NCBI GenBank assembly: GCA_028023455.1
Contig: JAQFVV010000004.1
Location: 17,856,001 to 17,920,000 of the forward strand
Direction of reading: 5' to 3'
Length of the DNA: 64,000 nucleotides
Source: Epiperipatus broadwayi
Taxonomy: Eukaryota; Animalia; Onychophora
Shown: one piece after another, positions 38,570 to 50,000 of the stretch
Layout: each line of letters begins with the position of its first letter
How positions within the stretch are numbered: the stretch's first letter is position 1
Made by a program: the position numbers and the translations under genes
Notes under the pieces: model-generated
What the model saw: only the letters and a program-made list of their open reading frames with translations
What the model was told of the DNA's origin: nothing
Database searches by the model: none

Positions 38570-39198
38570 TGTTATGTCCGCCAGTTCTGTATAATACTCG
38601 CTGGCGAACAATCTATGCAGTAAGCCAACCTTGCCCTGCCTATATATGCATACAAGAATCCTAATCCTTTAGACTAACGCTGGTAGAATAAGAAAAGCAG
38701 ATTTAATTACAATACACTAATATCTACATATTTACACGAATACATTAAAACAACCATTATACATTTAGATCAACAAAACCCGAAGGTATACCAAAATAAG
38801 AAGAATAAAGATCTATGCAACCTACTTTATAGTCCCTATTATGCTGACTCTTGGACATTCGGAGGCCAGCAGTCTGCTACTGTGCTAAATAAGCGACATT
38901 CAGCACCTTGCACAGTTCATTGCATCGGGTAGAACTCCCAGTTTGCCGATGCTTTACACTTGCACTCATTTCACCAGTTCTGAATTTGATTGGTCAAATC
39001 TTGTCCGTCCCTCCATCCCTCCCAGTTTACTTGCAGAAGCAGATTTAGACTTATCTTTTACTTTGATTGATTACCCCTTTTTTCAGCCCGATTACTTTTT
39101 TAATTAATTATTCATCTTGTTGATCTGCAAAGTTCCTTGGTTAATTAACCTTCCTATCTCAAAGGATTTTTTTTTTTTTGCTGTTTTACAAAATAACA
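38570..39198 (-). mobile_element. Probable solo LTR nested in Merlin
   Basis: Bounded by TGTTAT...ATAACA and starts exactly where Merlin homology stops. TATA-like and ATTAAA motifs on the minus strand. No clean TSD. Confidence 0.45.
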
Positions 39199-39594
39199 CA
39201 GCTATTAAAGTCTAAGATGATTTTAAATTAATGAAGTATTATTTTTTTATCTTCACGTATATATATATATAACTTGCATATGTATATGCGACAATTGATA
39301 CACGTACATACGATTCAATATTAAATCCCCATTTACAACATTTACTATTATTATTTTGTGTGTATTTTAATTACACACCTACATAACAATACTTCCCCCA
39401 AGTTGGAAGATTATTTGTTAGTCTTCGAACTTAACATAGAAACCTTTAATTAAATATTTGGGAGGGTTTATTTTCCTTTTGAGTTGTTGCCGTGAATTCT
39501 TTTCCATTTGTAGTGATGTATGTATATCATTAAAACACACACAAAATCATAATAGTAAATGTTGTCTAAATTACATTACTTTTTATAGATTTAT

Positions 39595-40428
39595 AATTAC
39601 GTATTGCTTTTTAATAAAATGATTGATTGACTCTTGACAAAAAATACCGTAACTTTAAAAAGACACACTAAAGTCAAAAAAAAAATTAGAAAAACACCGT
39701 AACTTTAAAGCAGTGGTCTTTAACTTTTTCACACCTGCGGACCGGAAAAAATAAGGATAAGGTTCCGCGGACCGGCAAAAATAAGGATAAGGTTTCATGG
39801 AGCAGCAGAAGTTTATAGATAAATTTTCTTAAAGATGTAAACAGCTTAGCCTTAGATGAAGTTATATATATATATATATGGAGTTTGTATAATAAAAAAC
39901 TTTTTTTTTTTTAATTTTGAATTTTTTTAGAAAAGTAATAAAAAATTTAATTCTACCCCCCCCCCCATAAATATGTGATAACTACAAAAACAAATTAATT
40001 TATGTATGACTGATTAGATTTTGTTCTGTTTCTTTTTTTTTAATCAGGTAAAAGTGCGATGAAAAAAATAAATAAAAATTGTTTATATTAATTAAAAGTT
40101 TAAAATCTTATTATTTTGTTATTAAAACTTTCTTGCCAGTCTATAGCGTACCAGCAAAGAACTTCTACGGCCCGGCACCGGGCCGTGGACCGATGGTTGA
40201 AGACCACTGCTTTAAAGACAAACACACAAACTCAAAAAACAATATAAGATTAATAAACATTTACTTATTACGTATTGCTTTTTAATAAAATGATTGATTT
40301 ACTCTTGAAAAAAATACCGTAACTTTAAAAAAACACACAGAAAGTAAAAAAAAAAATTAGGAAAAAACACCGTAACTTTAAAGACACACACACAAACTAA
40401 AAAACAATATAATATTAATAAACATTTA
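39595..40428 (+). repeat. Tandem duplication (~170 bp x2); first copy interrupted by hAT MITE
   Basis: CGTATTGCTTTTTAATAAAATGATTGATT...CACCGTAACTTTAAAGACA..CACACAAACT repeats, and the second copy has the uninterrupted site. Confidence 0.8.
39711..40209. mobile_element. hAT MITE
   Basis: TIR CAGTGGTCTT(T/C)AAC. Exact 8-bp TSD CTTTAAAG (39703-39710, 40210-40217). GGACCGG subterminal repeats. Confidence 0.9.
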
Positions 40429-40937
40429 CAAAAATGAAAGACTAACATCATATAATAGTATTAGTTAGTAGAATATTTTATTAAAAATCTAATAAATCAG
40501 ATCTTTTTATATCAAATCAATCACACAGGTCGGGCCCCGGATCATTATATGTATATGTTTTTGATTAGCATCAACGCCATCCCGCGGTGAACACCAGGGA
40601 TGAGAAACAACCAATATTTTTAATTTATTTATTTTGAGTTTTAACCATATCTAATTATGGTATAAATATTCGGTCATTCAAATTACATAAGGAATCAATC
40701 AATCAAGATTAAAATTTTTCCAGTCATGTATTAATTGTAGTATTTTTAAAATGTTGCAATATTACAATGAACCATTTAGAAAATAAAATAAAATAGATAA
40801 GACTTACTTTTCTAAACTTCATTTTTATGAGGTTTAATTTATATATGAAGATAGTGAATATCAAATTTAAAAAAAAAAAAAAATTATTACAGCAATGCAT
40901 TTCAACAATTTACTGTTCCTCCTAAGATAGTAAAAAA

Positions 40938-41045
40938 AAGGTATATGACTTTATTTCTCGGAAGTTCATAAAAAGTTCAAGCAACAGAACTGATCCCAGG
41001 ACCTCCCGATCCTAAGTTGGGTGCTCTGACAACTATGCCAAATTG
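40938..41045 (-). mobile_element. tRNA-derived SINE fragment (family A)
   Basis: Minus strand TGGCATAGTTGTCAGAGCACCCAACTTAGGATCGGGAGGTCCTGGG, homologous to 34220-34335. Confidence 0.55.
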
Positions 41046-41380
41046 CACAGGGCAATAGTAATGAAGACATATAAATACAAATAATCTTTCCTAGTGCTTA
41101 AATATAGTATATTATTACCAAATATGGCAAGTAGTATAGCTAGGTCCAAGATTTTTCAGCAACAGTATATTTCCCAAATGGAATTTTAGGATGTGAGAAT
41201 GTTGTGGATTATAGAACAAATGAAGACAATATTCAAAAAGAGGCAAATGGTTTAATCAAGAACTCACAGCTCTCTTAATAATAGCTTATGGAACAATGAA
41301 CAAAAAATCAAAATTTACTAAGTTTTTTAAATTAATACACTGTACAGGTTTACACACACCTGCACATATATAATATATAA

Positions 41381-41785
41381 GGGATTCAAACAGACTTTCA
41401 GACGACCCTCAGCTCTCCATGCCATCTCATATTGCTGACCCACCTGATCATACACATGTTGAAAAGATAAATAATCACCAATATACATATTTCATGCTAA
41501 ACCAGAAATCATCAGTTGGTTCAGATTACTATCTCCACACATATATACAATCAGTGCTCAGCTTTACATTAAGATAGCCAATCTTCACACTTTAATGGAC
41601 AGACTTCAAACTACTCCAACCCACAACTCTTCAGCCATCCATTTCATTGAAAATCTCATGATGGAACGTTCAAAGCCCTTGTTAGTGCCAAGGTTGGCAT
41701 CCTATCCATGTTGACCATTTAGTCATTTTGACCCCTCATGTACTGGAGAAAAATCCATTTACATACATATGCGAGGGATGGGCAG
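41381..41785 (-). mobile_element. Single-arm (monomeric) copy of HHR family F1
   Basis: Colinear with 6606-7010 from GGGATT..AACAGACTTTCA to GAGGGATGGGCAG. Flanked by a 14/15 direct repeat AATACACT(G/A)TACAGG (41334-41348, 41818-41832). Confidence 0.85.
41472..41528 (-). ncRNA. Type I hammerhead ribozyme motif (F1 monomer)
   Basis: Minus strand TAATC-TGA-ACCAA-CTGATGA-TTTCTG GTT TAGCAT-GAAA-TATGTA-TA-TTGGT-GATTA. Both core boxes are intact, stem I is bulged, stem II is decayed. Confidence 0.75.
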
Positions 41786-43944
41786 ACCTTTAATGCACTA
41801 TGTATTTAATATGTAATAATACACTATACAGGCTTTAAAGAAAAAAAAAAGTTATCTAAAAGAAGATAAAGGTAATCAATTTGTGCTGCTGAATATTTAA
41901 AAAAATAAGTCAACAAATGAATTCTATAATTTTGAGAAATCTAATGATTCTAATATTAAAAAACAAAAAGACAAATTTATATACAATATTCTTTAAAAAC
42001 ACAATAATAAAGCATAGTCTCATCACAGGTATCTTAAAATGCATCCTTCAGTAGCTGTTATTTCACAGATATTTATAAATATAGTGATCCATAAAAATAA
42101 AAATAAAACACACATTAAAGCTTATGATTTTGGAAAAGTCCACAATATAGAGCACAACGAAAACTGCTGCAGATTGAATCCAGAATGAATTTGAATTTGG
42201 AAGTTTGATAAGAAATTCTTTGTTTAATTTTATCTATAAAATAATGCTAAAATTAGTGATGAACTCAGAAGGGCTTCTTTTGATGTCACAGTAATTGGCA
42301 TTTGGTCGTATATCATTTAGGACCTTTTGAAACAGAGAACCATGAATAGTAAAGAGATCAATTTATTATAGACATTTTATATTGAATAGTCAATATTTGT
42401 TTGTTATATTTCATGGGAATATATTTACAATGAATTTACAAGTAGATTCAATGGCACCTTTGTAAACTAACCCATGAGATTATTTATTAATTATATTATC
42501 TGAAGTTCATTGCCTCCAGTAAAAAAGTTATTTAATCTCATTTTGATATTAACATGTATACCATATATATTAGATATGTTGATAATGTTTTTGTAGTGCT
42601 TGTCAAGATTATTTTGATCATGTTTAAAAACTAAAACAAAATCCTCCAATTAAATGAATGAAGGAAGATGAAAATATTAATAAATCTATTGCATTTTTAG
42701 ATTTAATGTTGTAAATCAGTACAATGTTTCTAATTAATAGATGTTTGTAAAGATGGTAAATATAAAAGGTTATGTACATCTATTATTAAATATTCCATTC
42801 ATTTCATTATGAAATGGTAGATCTTAAAGTCTTGAAAAATTTGAACCTGATAGGAAAATAATATAAAGTATTTAAAAAAAAATGATTTGATCAGAGATGT
42901 ATATTCTATAATCATGCTTGATAAGAAAATTTTAAAAAAAGTATTTATAAACATAAAAATGATAGAACATCTATTATGGAACCATGAGTTTTGATATACC
43001 CTTTATACCTAAATTACTGAGAAAAGTAATTTCTATTATAAATAAAAAATTTAATCTGGGTTTTGGATGTCCTTTATCTTAAATAGATTAACAATTCTAA
43101 GGTTAAACTTGAAAATAATAAAGTACAATTGATTTATGTTTATAATAAAATTAAAAACAATAGTCCATATACTTTTGTATTTTTTGGAAATGAGAAGGAA
43201 GCCAGTAATTTGTTTATGTTCACTGATAACAAACATAAAATTAAAAGCTTGACATTTAATTAATTCAAAAAATCCCATTAATGTAAAAGTCAGTATTCCT
43301 CTTAAAAAACTAATGCTTCAATTTATAATGGATATACATATACATTTTCTAAAATAAACTAGTTTAAATTTCATAATGATGCTCTGCAATGAAAACATGA
43401 CAATAATTTTAAATATACCACTACATTATTTATTAATTTTTCATATAATTTTGTGAATATTATTTTATATTTTACTACAATTTAAATATTTTAAATTTAA
43501 ATTGTTATATTTTCATGTATACAGTTCAGTTAATCTATATGACATTAAATCATTACAAAACTGAATAATTATAAATTATAATAAATCAAACATAATATAG
43601 AATTTCAAAAAAAAGGAACTTTATTAGATCAAAAAGATTTTACACTGATTTAAATTCACATACATATGTTATACATTTGTGACTATTGAATTTGTACTAG
43701 CATAATGATGTATATATGTACATAAGTGGGGGAGAGGTTTACAGCTCAAAAGGTTATGTCAATAGAACACTGGATAATAATAGTTATCTAGCTTTATGCA
43801 ATGGTGCATTTATGCATGAAATTAAGTGGGAATCAAGCATAAATTTATAGATTATTGTTCAATGATAACATATGTGTACAATACACACATTCTGTGGTTT
43901 TTTTTTACAGATATTTTTATAAAAGTTCATGTTATGTGGTCATC

Positions 43945-44930
43945 CGTGGTTTGGATGTTTGTTATACTGCGATGAGGCACGGGGTTATACCTTCCATCTT
44001 AGTTTTCTGGGGATTATTTTGAACTTCAGGGTGTGGTATAAATAATGTGGTGGTCTGTGGTGAGTTCACTTCAGTTGGATGTAGCTTGCCTTACTATGTT
44101 GTTGACTGCTCAGTGATTTGGCTGATTATAGGCATGATTGCTGCTTTAGTAGTGTTCCCTATTTTAAGTCTCATTATAGTTGTATAAGGGGTGTTCAGGT
44201 ATTTTTGCATTGTGGTATGCTGTTTTGCATGATTCATAGTTACCAGTGTGGCTTAGCTCAAGCCCGTCAGTGATCTGATTGCTGGTAAAAAACATCTGAC
44301 GGAAGTCATCTGGAGTGTTGTTCCTTCTGTTTTAGATCTCTTTAATTGGCAGTTCTTCTTTGGATGACCTGGTCATCTTTTGGTTTCTAATGTGTTAATG
44401 TTTCTATGGGCCGGAGGCATGTGATGAGTGCATCAATGATGTGTATTAATGTTTTTTCATTACTATTTGTGGGTGGCTTGTTTTAGGTGCTGATCTGTAT
44501 CATACAGATATTGAAAACTGACTTTGGTATATTGTTGCCTGTGTTGGTTGTAGATGAGATATTTTGGGTGGGTTATAAGAGAGGTCTGGGGTCATCTGGG
44601 CAGGATTTATATCATTTGTTCTTTTAGTAAAGAGATTAAATATGAATGTGCTTTCATCCGTAGTAATATGTTGGCGATCTTTGGACATTTGGGTGATAGC
44701 TAACTTTTTGTTGGTTTTCTGGACTGGGACTGATGGCACACAGATCCACAGTCTGTCTTTGCTGGTCTTGGTTAAATTGTTTATCTGTTGGTTATGTTTG
44801 TGAAACTTGGTTACAGTGAGGTGACCATGCTAGCATAAGGATGGTATTGTGGTTTTAAGCCCCTAATGTTGAGGCTGTGTGGTCTCCATGTCTACAATCT
44901 GTGTGGGTATGTTCTTTGAATTGATATTGG
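43945..44930 (-). mobile_element. Decayed non-LTR retrotransposon fragment (Jockey/I/L2-like linker region)
   Basis: GC-richer block with an A/C-rich minus strand and broken frames (e.g. HIIDALITCLRPIET). No diagnostic catalytic motif seen. Confidence 0.4.
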
Positions 44931-46615
44931 TGTTTAATTTTAGTTTATACTCAAAAAAAAGTTATTACTGTAGAACAATAAGGATATGTCTTTGAGTATA
45001 CAGCATTGAAAGCTATAACCTTTCCAAATGGCTCCATCATTCTCTGAAAGTCCAAACATATAGTATAAATATCTATGCATGAATGCATTTATTTTGTTTT
45101 TACCATTCAAAATTAATAATTTTGAAAGCGTTTATATAGATATTGTGTTATTATATCATAGAATTAGATGATGTGAAGCACATTATATTAACAAAACTTC
45201 TAATCAAAGTTGGGACATTTTCCTTTACTATTAATTGTTTTATATAACAGATTCATTTATTATTGATAATATTACGTTTTGAATACATAAATGTCTTGTA
45301 TTTTTTGTTTCATTTATTGCATTAATTAAAACTATTCCATTACATATTCTAATAAACTGTACAATTCTAATCTTTTATAACAATGTAGATTAATAATACT
45401 ACAAGTCTTATATTATCTTATCTAAAACACTAATTAAACAAAAATAGTATATAGTATTACTTTTGTTTACAGCTTAAATTATTATAGCAAGTGAATTACT
45501 ACAATAATAAAGTAGGAGTTGAATATATATCCATAATATATTCTACTAGAAAATGTTCTAATACAAAATGTAAAGAAGATTATTTAAAATTTATAGTTTT
45601 TCATCACATATCTAAATTCATTATTTATGTATTAGAGCTGCAACATGTATTACACCTTCAGCACCTTTTCACATTCATATAAATCCACTTATAACTTTTT
45701 AATCTTTTGATCTGACCAAAATAACATGTACACTTGGATCTTCTAAAAACTTAAAATGATAAATTCGTGGAAAAAACCACGTGTACATATTTTTTCACCA
45801 GATTTACAAAGTTATCGATAGCCTGAATACGTATGTGAAAAGGCACTGTAGAGCTAATACATGTTGCAGGTCTAATACTAAAACAATTACTAAATTACAA
45901 AAAGTAAATTATGCAATTCCCAAATGTTAGTTTAAATAAGGACTAAACAGTCACTAAATTACAAAAAGTAGTCTAAAATATTACCAAAAAATTGTAAAAT
46001 CCCCCCCTCCCAAATAGAGATTTACTTAACAGGTGTTTGTGCAATCAAAAAAACCGAGCTTAAAAAGTAAATTATGCAATACTAAAAATATGAATTTGAA
46101 TAAAAAAATAAAATCTTAAAAAGTACATTTTTAAAAACAGTAAAACCATTGATTTGCCTTACAAAAAATATGTAATCAATGGCACATCATTATGCAATTC
46201 GCAAATGTATACAAAACAAACACTAAATTACAAAAATTGTCTAAAATATTATCAAAAAAATGGAAAATATACACATACATTACTTACCATATAATATATA
46301 AGAGGAATTATTGTGATGAAACAATGAATTTGTCTGTTCTACTTTATTTTACTTTTTGAGCCAACATGGAGATTTAAACTAAAAATTTCCCCCCCAAAAT
46401 GAACACGTGATTTGTGCAGTATCTTGCCTGAATGGGATTTTCTCCTCACCCTCCAAAAAGTTAATAAGTAAATGTATTTTTTAAAAATATATATATATAA
46501 AAGGAGAAAATAATCATGAAATAAAGAAATACAATAAAATTGAAACACTTTTATAAATTCATTCTGGGAGATATTTTTTTAATTTTGTTCACTATGGAAA
46601 TAACACATTGTCATA

Positions 46616-47050
46616 ATAGCTTTGCTCAAAGTTGCTACTGTCCTATCATTACTTCTAATGATAATGTAAAGAAAATCAAAAGAAAAAAGGAAAACTACGT
46701 ATACTTACTCACTTAAAATTAAACGAATCAAGCAAAAATGCATTTCGTTTAGTACGGAAATGAACGCATCATCAAAATAGCTTTGATCAGAGTTGCTGCT
46801 GTCCTATCATTAATTCTAATGGTAACGTAAAGAAAATCAAAAGAAAAAAGAAAACTATGTATACTTACTCTCTTAAAATTAAATGAATCAAGCAAAAATG
46901 CATTTTGTTCAGTACAGAAATAAATGCATCATCAAAAATTGCTGCTGTCCTATCATTAATTCTAATGATAATGTAAAGAAAAGCAAAAGAAAAAGAAAAA
47001 CTACATATACATACTCACTTAAAATCAAATGAATCAAGCAAAAATGCAAT
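46616..47050 (+). repeat. Tandem array, ~160-bp unit x~2.7
   Basis: GTTGCT(A/G)CTGTCCTATCATTA..CTAATG..AATCAAGCAAAAATGCA repeated three times. Confidence 0.85.
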
Positions 47051-50000
47051 TGAAATCTTGAAATAAAACTATGATAAAGCCTGTTGTCAGAATGAAATCT
47101 GAACAATAACTGAGACTGTCAAAAAATATCACAAAAAAAAATGTTTTGATACGATATCGAATTTAAAAAAACATGTTTTGATACCACATTGGATAACATC
47201 GCAGGGTTTATTTGATGTGATCACAAATTTAAACATTTATCGCGGATGTGAAAAGGCCTACCATGTCCTCTACATTGCAGGTCTAATACGTAAGTACCCT
47301 AAATTCTTTATGCTATTAAAAAAAAATGGAAAAACCAAGTGCAAATAATGATAATAAAAAATCGAAATATTGTAGCAGAAAAACATATTATAAGGATAAA
47401 GTGTAAACTTAAAAAAGATAAAAATAATTCTGTGATAATAAATGCATAATTTAAACACTGTAACAAAAGAATTTACACCTATAAAACTCCAGCTGAAAGT
47501 TAAATTTTATTGAAATTATATATTGATTAAATTCGGCTTTAGAAAGAATACCAAAAAATGCAAATGATATTCTGAAACTTATTTAATCTCTGAATATAAT
47601 TTAATTATTGTTAAATTATGATTGATTTTGGGATAAAAAATGAGAAAAAAATAAATAAGAAATGTCAATGTAAAATTGAAATAAAAAAATTAAGTAAATT
47701 TTATTTATTTATTATAGACCAGAAAATAGAAAATATAGTTAATCAATAATATAAATTCTTTAAAGGGATGGTATTTACCAAAAATATCAGATGTAAATAT
47801 GGAAGCATTTCATATGAGAGCTGTAAAAGAATGAAATTAGTTTGTGAAATGACTGCTGAATGATAAAAAAAAAAAAATTAAGCAGATTGTGTGCATGGGG
47901 CTTTTATATCCTACTCAAAAAATAATCCTTTTATTTCTAGAAGAGTGACAACAACAAAAAAAAAAAGTATAGGTGCAATAGAGTTAATATGTCACATTTA
48001 GCTCCTGAGCTTTCCCAGACTAAAGATTCTGCTGGATTAAGCAAACATATAGTAATAATTTAACAATATACCTCATTCTCTTATTATAAATTATTTTATT
48101 AGCTCTTCTGGTATGATTTTTATATATTAAAAATGTACATATTTATTTATTAAAAACAAATGATATTTAAATAAGTGAAGTTTGTTTTAAATTATATTTT
48201 TGTGATTAATGTAAATAAAATTATTATTTTTAAGTTATAATCTAAAACAAGCTACTTTTAAAAACAATTTTATTAAGCTATTTATTTTGTTTAACAAAAA
48301 TCTTAAATATATGCCAGCTCTAACATATTTAATTTTAATTACAAATTATTAAATAAATTCAGTATAAAATAATAATATTTTTAAATTGCACTTCTTAAAA
48401 ATATTGCAATAAAAATATTCAAACTTTTTTTTTAAATATAAAAGCATTATTTTTTTTTTTAAAAAAAAAACTAAATTGGAAGCAATGTTAGCAATTGTAG
48501 AAAATATAGTTTTAGAATGCTTTGTACAAATCTACACATTTCAAATCATATCTGGCACTTTGAATTATTATTTAGAAATGATAATTCATAATGATTAAAT
48601 AAGAGCCGAAATTGTTAACTACCATATATCTGCTGGCTCAAAAGTTGAATGATTCACAGCACCCATAATTTGAATACAAAATATTTTAAAAAATCAAAAA
48701 TTAGTAAAAAAATGAAATTTTAATTTTTCTAGCTCACATTGCAATAGTTATATTTGTGGTTACAAAATCCCATATTCTATTGCAAGATATTTACTATCTG
48801 CATAGGCAAGTGTGTACTTGAAATTATAGATAATTCAACATCACTTATTTTTTCATTTTATTATCATCAATTTTCATCTAAAGAAGAATTAAAAAAATAA
48901 TTCTTTGTTGTTGTCTTAATATGTATATGTAATTTTTAAAAATTCTAACAAAATTATTTTGAATTATATTTTCTTTTAAAATTTGCTTCCATTTTTATCT
49001 AATATGAATCTTCTACTTCTTCTTCTCCTATGTCAAAGAAGGTGTCAATGGTATGATAAATATGAATCTTGTATTTAAAATATTTTTTTAATTTAATTTT
49101 ATTAAATAATGAAAATTCAAAAGTAATAAAATAAGATTCAGAAAGAAATGTTTTAAATACAATCTGTACTTCATAGATATATGTTTATATGCTTGACTAC
49201 TATTGCTGCTGTTGATAATTAATTTTAGTGATGCTTTAATATATATATATACTATATAATTTTTCATTTGATAATTTATATCACATGCACAGTCATGCTA
49301 TATATAGTGTATATATGTTTAAAATATATTTTATATGTGTGTGCATGTGGTGAAAAGATATTATAACATTAAATTATTATTGGGCCTCAGAACCAAATGC
49401 AAGGATACAATGGTCCCATTACATTTTAATAATCTAAATACTTTGAATTCCAAAATTATAAACAAGCATTTAAATTTATATGATTACCCCAAACTATTAT
49501 TTTGCCCAAGTAATCACACTTTTTATTTAACTATGAATAAATGAATACACATATTTTTAAAATAAAATCCAAATAATAAGCAGTAAGTAAATTTTTCTAT
49601 TACTTCTATTATGTCACATCTAGTGTAAGCTTTAGTAATTAATAGATTCCAGATAGAAATGCTTAATAAATCCCTATCTTGTATTGTGCTATCCAATATA
49701 TCCAAACTAGATGGCATAACAGAGGTTAGAGATAAAAAAATTGCTGATGAACAATAATGTCACATAATGACTTATTGGATTTAAATAGATTTGCCTGACT
49801 GAAATGTACATATGTTTGTCTTTCTTGATTTGTCAAAGTCAGTTATAATTATTTATCTGATCATCATTATTTTCATTTTTTTTTATACCAAATAGAATAA
49901 AATAGAAACTGAAAAAAATGAAAAATTGTAATCACTATATTTAAATTCCTTTCCACTGATTATATTATATTTTTTATAAAAATAGTATTTGAAAAAATAA

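Larger units (their letters stand above)
37858..40612 (+). mobile_element. Non-autonomous Merlin element with nested insertions
   Basis: TIR GGTTGTT(T)TCTCATCCCTGGTGTTC(G/A)CC at both ends. Exact 8-bp TSD AATATTTT (37850-37857, 40613-40620). The 5' transposase remnant at ~38434-38569 is homologous to 17951 onward. Confidence 0.85.

Noticed and set aside
42250-42520. Minus-strand GGNELQ..(W) motif reminiscent of odorant receptor TM6-7
   Set aside because: Too many stops and no consistent splice structure; cannot be distinguished from chance.
49740-49815. CTGATGA followed by a hairpin, a possible hammerhead
   Set aside because: The hairpin is followed by GATTT rather than GAAA, and there is no stem I or III.
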